The notes below the pieces were generated by a model. The model saw nothing but the letters and a program-made list of their open reading frames with translations. It was not told where the DNA came from and did no database searches. A stretch of DNA of 63,430 bases, filler included, from Dirinaria sp. TL-2023a (taxonomy: Eukaryota), in assembly GCA_051941275.1 (NCBI GenBank). It is 19 parts of 19 records of this genome, joined end to end, with 100 filler letters (N's around TTAATTAATTAA, not from the genome) between each part and the next. Parts side by side here need not be neighbours in the genome. Positions count along the whole stretch, not along the records: positions 36,971 to 40,207 come from JAVEBF010002090.1; positions 40,308 to 43,544 come from JAVEBF010002091.1; positions 43,645 to 46,878 come from JAVEBF010002092.1; 16 more parts are not named here. The stretch is one strand, 5' to 3'. The position numbers and the translations under genes are program-made. Shown in pieces: positions 36,971 through 46,978 of the stretch (positions are counted from its first letter, which is position 1; every line of letters starts with the position of its first letter).

Positions 36971-37649
36971 CACCGGATAGCGAGGGGATCCTCAGCCGTG
37001 GCAGGAAAGTATGATGCATCCGCTGAGGATGAGGCAAGGCACGAAGTTCGAGGCTATTCCTAGCGTTGTGTCGGCAATCTCGAGCGTAGGCTCTGAGCTC
37101 GCTCTCTGAAAGTTGTGGCGGTGTGTTGTTTGCTTGTTGGACAATAGATGGCAACCTCTTAATTTCTGCAAAACTTGGCTCGTACTGCTCCTGGTTCACT
37201 ACGGGCAATTGACGCCCGACAGTGTCATTTAGCTCTACAGGAGCGAGATATACAGGCTCCGGCAAGGGACCCATCTCAATATCTATCTCTCTCGAACGAA
37301 ACCCGGCCAGCGGCGCAATCCTCGGCTGTGGAATTATCCGACTTGAATGACGCTGTGAGCTGTCAGCGACGACATAGAACCTGTCTGGTCTCGGCCACTG
37401 AGATCCTTCAGAGGACGTTCTTGACCTGATACTCTGATAATCGTCAGGTTTATTGATGGGAGGCATTCGATGATCGTACCTCACCCTATCTTCCATGCCT
37501 TGGATGCCATGAAAGTGCCCTATGGGATGCCAATTCCGTTCCTCGCGTGCCTTCTTGTAGCGATCAAAACCGTACCAAATGAGCAGAGCGAGAAGAATGA
37601 GGCCGATCGTCATACCTACGCTAGCCGGTTTGGAAATCCCAGACCCCAT
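36971..37649 (-). CDS. Single-pass membrane protein 1 (MGSGISK...), 3' truncated
   Basis: ATG at 37649; hydrophobic VGMTIGLILLALLIWYGF, then basic RYKKAREERNW and a Pro/Ser/Arg-rich tail; open to the contig end. Confidence 0.6.
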
Positions 37650-38319
37650 TTTGAGAGCAGTTGCGAATCCCAAGCTACCAGCGCTTGATCCAGAGAGGAA
37701 ACCTTGCGACTGGCTAGATCTTGTTGGGGCACCAAAATCTCGAATGGAGGGATGTCAAAGAAGCTGACGATCCATAAAGGATAATAGGCTTATTATATGG
37801 AACACAGCCAGTATTCATGCAGCGTTCACAATGCCATTATGCTCTCAAAGAACATCCGGTACCAGCACTCATCACTCGAGATTTCTTTGTTGTAGAGTAA
37901 CCACCGGTCTTTTTCATGATAGGAAGGATACTCACATCACTTGCGTTGCAAGTGTTGGCATATGCACAGCTGCGAACATAACTCTTGTCTGAGAAAGTGC
38001 CCAAGATAGTTTCTCGGGGATCCAAAGTTGGGATGGAATCCGATTTGAGTCGTCTATGGGGCTTTTTTCCTGAATCAATTGCTCAGTTTGCATTCCTAGC
38101 CTCATGAAGAAGAATAAGTTGTTGCTCTGACATAAACACACTATCTCATTGCGTCACATCGCTACAAAATTTTATTCGATCGAGGATCTATATTCCAACG
38201 TTATGAAACTATCCAAAAAAAAATCGCTCACTTGGAAGTTTATGCCTTCCTCCCCTTTCCTTTCAGGTATAGTCACCCAACTTTCGTTATCCTCCATCTC
38301 TCGATCTTGTCAGCGATTC

Positions 38320-39216
38320 TCACGCTCCTTTGGGATAAGTTGAGTTCTCTTCACCCAAAATGCGTCGCATCTCCCGAGTACGAGTCGGTGGTGGCTCCGG
38401 AAATAAGCGCCAAGAGCTGTTTCGTACTGGCAAAGGAGTTGGGACGGCTGGAATCATTGATGCTGGATCTGAATGATCCGAACCCGTCTCTGCGCCTGCT
38501 TCCACGTCGTCACTGATCGCGAATGGAGGAATGAAAATCTGAGGCAGTGGTGCGCGCCGCCTCCGCTGCTGAATGCTCAGCCCGGAACCTTCAGTACGAA
38601 CACGCTTAGTCGTATTCCCTGCTGTGTTTGGAGTCATCCGCCGATAACGGCGTACTCCATCAGGTGGTAATAAAGGCAGCGGCTTGTTCCGATCGGCAGG
38701 TGTTAGAGATGATGGCTCAATCCGTGCGTTTGGAGGCATAGGCCAAGGTTCTATTGGGTCTTGACTTAGAGTACCCGCTCGTGCATCATCCGAGCCAACA
38801 TGTATTCCGTCACTGGCTTGAATGTGCGCGCTTCTGGGCCTTCGTGGCGGAGAATCCATGCACGAGCCTCTCCTCTGCAAATCGTGGTCAATCTGCTCAA
38901 CAGGGTGCTGAAGCCAATCTGGCTTTGCTCGAGACTGGTGGAAAAGCTCCATTTTCCGATTTCTTCCAATCCACATCGAGGCATTTGAGTGGAGGCTTGC
39001 GGGCCGCCATCTTGTTTGCACGCCGCGCGATTTCCGGATCGCATCACCAACATAATGCATTCCTTCGAAGTCATCGATATCTCGAAAGTTACGTTCTTCT
39101 CTTCGATGGGCGAGGAACTTCGAAAGCCAGATACAGCAAGGTAATGTGAGAAGGAGGAATAAGGTAGCTCCGATCACGATCCCAGCAATAGATACCTTAG
39201 AGAGATAAGAGCCCAT
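38320..39216 (-). CDS. Single-pass membrane protein 2 (MGSYLSK...), probable paralog of protein 1
   Basis: ATG at 39216; TM VSIAGIVIGATLFLLLTLPCCIWL, then HRREERNF and a Pro/Arg-rich tail; 298 aa uninterrupted. Confidence 0.6.
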   Translation of the reverse strand: MGSYLSKVSIAGIVIGATLFLLLTLPCCIWLSKFLAHRREERNFRDIDDFEGMHYVGDAIRKSRGVQTRWRPASLHSNASMWIGRNRKMELFHQSRAKPDWLQHPVEQIDHDLQRRGSCMDSPPRRPRSAHIQASDGIHVGSDDARAGTLSQDPIEPWPMPPNARIEPSSLTPADRNKPLPLLPPDGVRRYRRMTPNTAGNTTKRVRTEGSGLSIQQRRRRAPLPQIFIPPFAISDDVEAGAETGSDHSDPASMIPAVPTPLPVRNSSWRLFPEPPPTRTREMRRILGEENSTYPKGA

Positions 39217-39639
39217 CTCTCCCACTGTGGTATGATGATGAGCGACCAGCGCTCTCTATATTTTTGATATTTTCTTTTGAAAGGATGCCGCTTACGGTGC
39301 GAAAAGAAGGGAAAATGGAGAATGCCTGAGGATGGCTGACGACTTTAGACGTCACAATAAGGCATTATATGCTGAATTCATTGATGGCATCCGAAGCCAG
39401 CCACAAAACCATTGTCTGTTGAAAGGAAAGGAATTCGGATTTTCTTTGTCTCTTCGAGAAAGTCTCGACTATGAGCTCAAGCCCGGGATTGCAGTCGGTA
39501 GTGGTAGCTGTTAGTTAAAATCGTCTTTTGGCGTAATTCCATCAGATATTTTGGTTCTTCTTGCTCCGCCAAAGTCTTTACCAATTTTCTGAGCTATGTC
39601 GCAACCGTTGGTCCACCACAGAGTCTTCGTCCTACGTGA

Positions 39640-39837
39640 TTAGACCTCTCCACTGCTGCGTCTGGATTTCTCGCTCTCAACATCTTCTTCCTTATTATGG
39701 CCAAACGCCTCCCGCCACTCGGCAATAACCCATGAACAGCTTCCAAGCCAGCAGCACACGACCAGCGCTACGGCGACGAGGAGAAGGAGAACTAGTAACG
39801 TAATGATGATACCGATTGTTTTCTTCGAGGCGCCCAT
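39640..39837 (-). CDS. 65-aa single-pass membrane microprotein (MGASKK...)
   Basis: ATG at 39837; TM TIGIIITLLVLLLLVAVALVVCCWLG; charged tail ending DVESEKSRRSSGEV. Confidence 0.45.
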   Translation of the reverse strand: MGASKKTIGIIITLLVLLLLVAVALVVCCWLGSCSWVIAEWREAFGHNKEEDVESEKSRRSSGEV

Positions 39838-40307
39838 GATAACCAGAAAGTGTAATTGCAGCAGAAGTGTTCCGATCGAGGCAAGTATTACTGTTATTAT
39901 GGTTGATGGACGAATTGGAAGAGAGATTTGGGATTTTGTCGAATAGAAAGAAACAAAGGCTGCATAAAGATTGATGGAGCGAGAAAGAGAATAGACAAAG
40001 GGATTATATATCATTCAAGGATGCGTAAATGCAGGTTAATCTTCAATCTTTTCTTTGTAAGAGCCAGCCATCCAAATGAATGGCATGCTAGGAACATGGA
40101 ATTCCCGAAGTTGCTTACCGAGTAGCCCAGACATGGTATAAAATTCTTTTGTCTTTCATTGATGAAACGCAAGTTTCTACGATCCATCCACAATCCTTCT
40201 TGCTTGCNNNNNNNNNNNNNNNNNNNNNNNNNNNNNNNNNNNNNNNNNNNNTTAATTAATTAANNNNNNNNNNNNNNNNNNNNNNNNNNNNNNNNNNNNN
40301 NNNNNNN

Positions 40308-40475
40308 ACCAGGTTCTCAGCAGTCAGCGGATACTAATACTGCCCAAGCTAGTGGTTCGAAAGCCAGTCCATCACAGGCCGCTCAGACTGCACCAGGTTC
40401 TCAGCAATCAGCGGATACTAATACTGCCCAAGCTAGTTCATCGAAGGCAAGTCAGTCACAGGCCGCTCAGACTAC
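40308..40475 (+). repeat. 84-bp coding tandem repeat in MSB2 (PGSQQSADTNTAQASxSKASxSQAAQT)
   Basis: Two copies visible; the contig begins inside the array. Confidence 0.85.
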
Positions 40476-43410
40476 GCCGAACCCAGCGCAATCTCCACCA
40501 GATAGCTTGCAGACAAGCACTGAGCAGTCGAGTACACCGAAGCCGATTATACCCATACCGATACCCTCAAACTCCAACGGAGTTGGGATAAGTGCGGGTA
40601 TCAGCGCTGGCAACAGCGGGCTTGGGGCAGGTATCAGTGTTGGAAATAGCGCAGGACAGTCCGGAACCCAACAACCCGTGAAGACGACTTTGGGCCAAGG
40701 GAAGCCAACCACTGCTGCAGCTGCAAGTACAGGTCAGCCAGGAAGGCCCGACTCTGTCATCCCCGTGGGATCTGGAAAACCAACGACTGGTGCCCAGAGC
40801 ACTAAGCCTGGACCGATTGGTACTTTGGTTGGCGCATCAAGCAGTGTCGTGAATTCGGGACCGCCGCCGAGCAAACCGTCGTCCCAAACGCAGCAGGCCC
40901 CGGGTGCTGGCAGTACTTCTGGCAGAGGAGGTATCATTCCTATATCAAGGACGCCGAAACCCTCGGCTGTTATTTCGGTACCAGTCACAATTTTGGGATC
41001 TGACACCACGTTCACGACTGCTTCCCCTGTAACCATTGGAGTTGGAGCTGGAGCCTCTACTTTTGCGCAGCCCTCGAACACCAAGAATCCTCCTGCTGGA
41101 GCTTCTAGTGCCGCGCACGCTTCGAACTCCGAGGGGCTACCGCCCGTTGTGCCAGTCACGATATCGAAATCGAACTCACTGTTTGTCACTCAACTGCCAG
41201 TCGTCACCCCAACAGCCATTGCATCCAACAGTGCCCCTGTCCTCCCGCCAGCTGCCTCCAACTCCCAGGCTGTCATATCACTGCCCGTTGTGGTCTCACA
41301 ACCTGATACGACGTTCACTGCCAAACTTCCGATCACCAATCCAGCAGCGGCATTATCAACTGCTGCGGCGGCCGTGTCCAGTGGGGTTGCACCTGTCTTG
41401 TCCTTGCCAATCACAATTTCCGACTCGGGCACGACGTTCGTCACGAATGTTCCTATCAGCAATCCTGGTGGTGCTATCTCGACTGTACTTGGTGCTGTGA
41501 CCAGCAATGTGGTCCCTGTTCCCTCAAAGCCTGGTGCTGTGACCAGCAATGCGGTCCCTATTCCCTCAGTGCCTGTTACGATTTCAAATGGCGACACAGT
41601 ATTTACCAGCAACGTGCCGATCAACTCTCTGAAGCCTGCCTCCAGCGGTAATGTCATATCTCCCGTACCGATCAATACTCAGAAGCCTGCCTCCTCCAGC
41701 GGTAATGTGGTTTCCCCTGTGGTCATACCTATTCCGAGCAAGAGTCTCGGCGGTGCAATTACTTCTTCAATCAAGCCTGGTTCCACTGCACGACCGGCGA
41801 ACCCCTCAACGTTGGTTGGCGCTTCCGCCGTTGTGACGCCTGGCAGCCCCAAGTCTACACAGGGACAAGAGAGCGGGATCGTCAATACTCCGTTACCAGG
41901 CAGCCAAACCACGGCTCGTGGCCCAGCAGCTGCCACTACTGTAGCTCCAGGCGTGAGCGGTGCTCCAACAGGCGGCATTGTACCTGAACCTCATACAAGC
42001 GGCACTGTAAACGGCGTTACACCCAGCGGATCGGAGCCAAGTAACATTCCTGTGACAGACAGTCAACCCGGTGCTTCTCAAAGTAGTGTTGCGACACAAC
42101 CCGAGATCACCGAGCCAAAAAGTGGTAGTCCTGACGTTCCTACGGACAGTTCGGCTGCGAAAGCTACTGGCACCGCGGTTACTGACACGAACCCAGAGAA
42201 CTCTGCGTCTGCGGCAACCGCGAATCAGGGCTCTGTTTCTAGCCAGCCGGGAGCAGTTGGAGGAACAACACATTCAGAACCGGGGGCTGCATCTGCGACA
42301 GGGCAACCATCAGCAAGCCCTGCTGCAGCTCAACATACCACCCAGGGCGTACAGCCTGCACCTTCGTCAGTCGTTACGGCCAATGTTGCATCTCAGTCCA
42401 AAGACTACGGCAACAAGGGGCCAGGTCCAACTAGCCTCTCGCCTACGGCTACGGACTCATTCACAGCGCAAGCCGTTCCCTCGAGCATCATAGTCCAACC
42501 TTCAAGAACATCTGCCGCCTCCCAGAGCCAGGACTTCACCGCAACAGGCATCCCATCAAGCCTTCCCCACGTCATCACACCTCCAGGCGGCGCTCCAGAC
42601 CAACCTCCCAATACGACGCTCGTCCAAATTGGTTTCTTGTACCCGCTCAACTACCCCTTTGTGCTCGCCAACACCCTTTCCCAGAAGCAAATCTTCAAGT
42701 ACGTGCCTCCTGGTATTGCCTACGGCCTCGGCATCGATGACGTCAATGTTACCATGCAAACGCTCCGGGCCTACGACACCACCGCCAACCTGCACTACAT
42801 CACAACTCTCGCCCTAGCCTACGTCCCCTCGGGAATGGTCGACAAGCTTTCTCTCGATCTGCATACCCCTGCTATGCCCATCTACCACAATCCCGACCCG
42901 AGCGTAAAAACCCTCTTCAGCATGGTGAACCCTGCCCTACCCATCCGCGCCGACGACACCGGATCCGCAGCAACCAGTGGTGCCGCCAGCGGCCCGTCAT
43001 CCACCGCATCCGGCTATATCCAGCCTGGTGCCCCTATCGGTGGAGGCATGGGCAACGACATGCCCGTGCGGCCTTCATCCGTTGGTATCGGCGTCGGCGT
43101 GGTCTGCGGTGCCGCAGCGTATGGAGCAGCAATGTTCTTCGTTGCCCGGAGATACAAGAATCGCCGACAGTCGCATCAGCGCTCTCCTTCGCTCCTGTCG
43201 AGTCCGGTCATGAGTGGCACTAACCCGGACGTTGCGGCCGCAAGCGTACCTTTCATGAGCGGCGCTCGGGGCGATGGCGGGCGTTCGACGAGTCCAATGG
43301 ACGGGTACGGGTACGGGCGGAATTCGAGAGGGAGCGGCAGAAGTGGCAGCACGGGACGACAGCAAATCAGCGCGCCGGTCATGGCGGAGAACTCGCTTGG
43401 TTGGAATTGA
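40309..43410 (+). CDS. MSB2: Signalling mucin Msb2 (Hkr1/Msb2 family), 5' truncated
   Basis: Ser/Thr/Pro-rich ectodomain; HMH domain TLVQIGFLYPLNYPFV...QIFKYVP...TTLALAYVP; TM VGIGVGVVCGAAAYGAAMFFVARRYK; diagnostic C-terminus QISAPVMAENSLGWN. Frame is open from the contig start. Confidence 0.95.
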   Translation, partial: PGSQQSADTNTAQASGSKASPSQAAQTAPGSQQSADTNTAQASSSKASQSQAAQTTPNPAQSPPDSLQTSTEQSSTPKPIIPIPIPSNSNGVGISAGISAGNSGLGAGISVGNSAGQSGTQQPVKTTLGQGKPTTAAAASTGQPGRPDSVIPVGSGKPTTGAQSTKPGPIGTLVGASSSVVNSGPPPSKPSSQTQQAPGAGSTSGRGGIIPISRTPKPSAVISVPVTILGSDTTFTTASPVTIGVGAGASTFAQPSNTKNPPAGASSAAHASNSEGLPPVVPVTISKSNSLFVTQLPVVTPTAIASNSAPVLPPAASNSQAVISLPVVVSQPDTTFTAKLPITNPAAALSTAAAAVSSGVAPVLSLPITISDSGTTFVTNVPISNPGGAISTVLGAVTSNVVPVPSKPGAVTSNAVPIPSVPVTISNGDTVFTSNVPINSLKPASSGNVISPVPINTQKPASSSGNVVSPVVIPIPSKSLGGAITSSIKPGSTARPANPSTLVGASAVVTPGSPKSTQGQESGIVNTPLPGSQTTARGPAAATTVAPGVSGAPTGGIVPEPHTSGTVNGVTPSGSEPSNIPVTDSQPGASQSSVATQPEITEPKSGSPDVPTDSSAAKATGTAVTDTNPENSASAATANQGSVSSQPGAVGGTTHSEPGAASATGQPSASPAAAQHTTQGVQPAPSSVVTANVASQSKDYGNKGPGPTSLSPTATDSFTAQAVPSSIIVQPSRTSAASQSQDFTATGIPSSLPHVITPPGGAPDQPPNTTLVQIGFLYPLNYPFVLANTLSQKQIFKYVPPGIAYGLGIDDVNVTMQTLRAYDTTANLHYITTLALAYVPSGMVDKLSLDLHTPAMPIYHNPDPSVKTLFSMVNPALPIRADDTGSAATSGAASGPSSTASGYIQPGAPIGGGMGNDMPVRPSSVGIGVGVVCGAAAYGAAMFFVARRYKNRRQSHQRSPSLLSSPVMSGTNPDVAAASVPFMSGARGDGGRSTSPMDGYGYGRNSRGSGRSGSTGRQQISAPVMAENSLGWN

Positions 43411-43516
43411 TGTGATGATAAAGAAAAAGAAGGGATACCGTAATTAACAACAGAAAAAGGGAAGAGAGAGAGGGAAAACTTTTTTGTATATTATGAGCGA
43501 ACCTGGGTTTCACATT

Positions 43517-43544
43517 TTATTATTATTATTATTATTATTATTAT
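43517..43544. repeat. (TTA)n microsatellite at contig end
   Basis: Directly visible. Confidence 0.95.
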
Positions 43545-43644
43545 NNNNNNNNNNNNNNNNNNNNNNNNNNNNNNNNNNNNNNNNNNNNTTAATTAATTAA
43601 NNNNNNNNNNNNNNNNNNNNNNNNNNNNNNNNNNNNNNNNNNNN

Positions 43645-46600
43645 AACGGACTAACCCCCGAGTCAAGAATTATTCATGGCTGAGCACTCGAGATTCTTTA
43701 CTAATTACAGGAATCTACTTTTTAATGCTTTCTTGAAACTTAAGAAAATATTCGACTGAGGAATCAGCATCATCGCAGATGATCGGCAAGAGCTTTAAGA
43801 CTATAAGATTACTGAATTTGCACCTGATGAGCGTTTCTTCACTGAGTTTTCGAATTCAAGAACGTCTTTCGTCTCGGGAGAACTCAAAGTCAAAGTCTCA
43901 ATCATTCACTTAAAGAAAAGGTTCAATGATGTGAACTGAAGACAGGCTCTCGCAACCCTCGATCCATGGCTTTCAGAGCTGTTGAATAGTCGCTCTAGAG
44001 ACAACCATCACGGCGTGAGTGGTTAGGCTATGAGTGGAACAACCAAAGGACTTACATGAGGAGTAGAAGATTAAAGTTCTGAAACTCGGCAAGTATATTG
44101 ACTTCACGATATTATGGAAGAGTGCGGACTCGAATCAGGGCAAGCGTTCCTGTAGTCGCTGGGGTCTCTGAATTCAAAAGCGCAGTTCTGCCTCGACAGA
44201 ATATTCTAGGGATTTTTACTATAACAGAATTATAGTATCCCATACACCAAAATTCTCGCTTCCCTTACTGGTTTTTACTACACATTTCATAAGCATGTGC
44301 CTTTTTAGTCCTTTTTCTTTTTTCACACATGGAGAACGGAGCCATCGCGGCTCTGCCTTCAGGTCTCGCAGTGTTAGCCGTGGACAATGACTTTTCTTAT
44401 AGCATCGGAATGCTTCAGCTGCATCTCATCATAAAACCAACGGACATATTCTGCAAAATAGAAATCTGGGAAAACAGAGCAAAAATGTCGAATAAGCACC
44501 CCTAGGTGGGTCTTTCCTAGGAAATGGAACTCAATCAGACCACCGTCAAAGCTCGTATCTTTAGACGAAAGACTAAAACAGGCGGCACGAGACTTAGAAT
44601 TCACCAGATAGATACCAAAGTGGAAAGAACAGAAAACAGAATCAAAGATACAATATTTCTCTGTCTGTATAATCATGATTATACTATGTATGCAAAGATC
44701 TGTTGTACCCAGGTTTTCAGTCAAATCAGGATTAAGACCGCTCGCAGAGCTAAGTTGAGAGTAAAAACAGACGCTGCGCATTCTTCTTGCCAGTCCAATC
44801 CAAAAGATGAAACATTGTGGCAAGCAGCAATATTCTAAACCTAACGAAAAGATCAGAAGAACAGCAGCAGCTAGACACCAGTACCACCGCCACAATCACC
44901 TTCATAACGATCTCTCCCACATCCACTCATACAATGGTACGGAGATGCTATCTATGTAACGAGAAGGTGGATATTCAAAAATGATAGTTTCACGCGCTGT
45001 CAGTCTTTCGACTGACCTTGGAGCATTTTTTAAGCTTCTTTTCTATTCTGAATCTGATCGATATCATATAACTAACTCGGCGCGGAGAAGAGCCTCTTTA
45101 AGAAGGAGACCTTCTATGCTCCAACGCGGTCTATTATCACTCCTGCGTCCTCTCTCTCTCTTATTTCGTTCTCTCGTTGAAGAACATCCTACACATCTCT
45201 TGCTATTGGTTCTATGAAAGCGGAGCTGTGCTCGTTGAAATTCAGAACTTGTTTGATCATGGTTCTGCTCATGATCGCTTCGGACGGAAGTCTGAGATCA
45301 TTACAACGTTGAAACCGATCATCATGCCGTGGATTTGCCAAGCGTCTAGCAAACACGCCATCATAGGTGATAATGTACAGCTCAGCTTGGCTTGGAAAAA
45401 ATTTCTGGTAGGCATTGAGTCAGATCGAATAGACGTCGCCTCGAGACGAAATTTATCCTGCCATGTCAAGTACTTTCACTCATCTCACTTCATCACTGCT
45501 CAGTCTGCTCTTTATTACAAAAAAAAAAAAAACAATCTCTTTACAGTGTTTTTTCATTCAGTACAGACATTGATCGCAATGATCGAGTTATCAAAAAATT
45601 CAAAATCACCTCCAACTTCTTTACAAAAAATGCATTTAGTTGCATCAAAATTTTTGATCAAGTCTATAACATGGACACAATTTTGGCTGCTACAAATGCT
45701 CAATGATCTCATCATGATCTCTTCGCGCGTTTAACAATGCTAAATGTCGTTTTTCTCATTTGATCAGCTCATAAGTTAACTGGCCAATAGCAGAAAGTCA
45801 TTCGATTACTTGAATACTACGCATGATAGCTTAAGCCATCTGATTTCGAGTAATTTAACTTCATTGACTCCCTTTTAATGCGCAGTCATGAATCACATCT
45901 ATTTGAGCATTCGCCCATCGAAGCAAACGAAATACCGTTTGAGAGTGTTAGAGTATCTCAAACCATTGGAGACGAACAGCTCTGATCTTAATACGCTTAA
46001 TAATTTTTATACAATAAGAGAATGACCTCAATTAACCTATATCGGTTCCCGACCCTGCCCCCAATGACGCCAGGTAGTTCCATTCGCTCCGCACTGCTCG
46101 GTTACTATCGGTAGGACCATGCTCAAGCTTTGTGAGAATCGAAGACCCTGTTCGGTCCAAATAACGATGCGAGGCAGTAGTCGATGCGGAATCGATACGG
46201 GACTGAGTACATTGAGTCGGATAAATGAGCAAAGCTAGAGCGTTTCTACTCGGCAGTGGACAGAAGAGAGAATTGCAAGGATTTGCCGTTTGATCATGAA
46301 ATTCTACCTAGAGGGCCAAAGACGGTTTTTAGCGACTGAGATATCTGATCGTCCATCATTAATGCACGGCAGCTTACTCAAATTATTCGCACAAATGAAA
46401 TTTAATAATTGATATCGTGATTTTGGCGACGCTGAGAAGGAAAGATTGTTCCATATATTTGACTCTGCTTTAAATCAATGTAAGCTGGATTCTAACTTTT
46501 GAATAATTGATGCTCAATTAATAATTGCTGGCTGAAAAGATGATGATATCGTGATCCATATGAAAGCTACTGCTGATTTGACTATAGTCCTTTTCGACTC

Positions 46601-46878
46601 GGATGACGAAGCCTCACGGAATCTGTGTTTGAGAATAATCAGACATAATTATTTCTTTTATAAGTCCAGCTCATTTGAAAAGTCAAGCATTTCGTCGAAA
46701 CTAAGACTTGCACCGCTTCAAAAATTTTCGAACATCTCAGAGACTCGACTTTTTCGATTTGAACGCTGTCCAATCTTCTTTTCTCGTTGTTCAATCCAAA
46801 ATATTATGAACATGAAACGCGTGATTGATTCATCTTTATATTTATAATACATAAAATCCTCGTCGAGCGACTAGCAAT
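43645..46878. other. AT-rich degenerate region with ORF relics, unassigned
   Basis: Stop-interrupted frames and patches of CC/GG depletion (for example 45480-45780 and 46540-46870); no domain recognised. Confidence 0.3.
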
Positions 46879-46978
46879 NNNNNNNNNNNNNNNNNNNNNN
46901 NNNNNNNNNNNNNNNNNNNNNNTTAATTAATTAANNNNNNNNNNNNNNNNNNNNNNNNNNNNNNNNNNNNNNNNNNNN

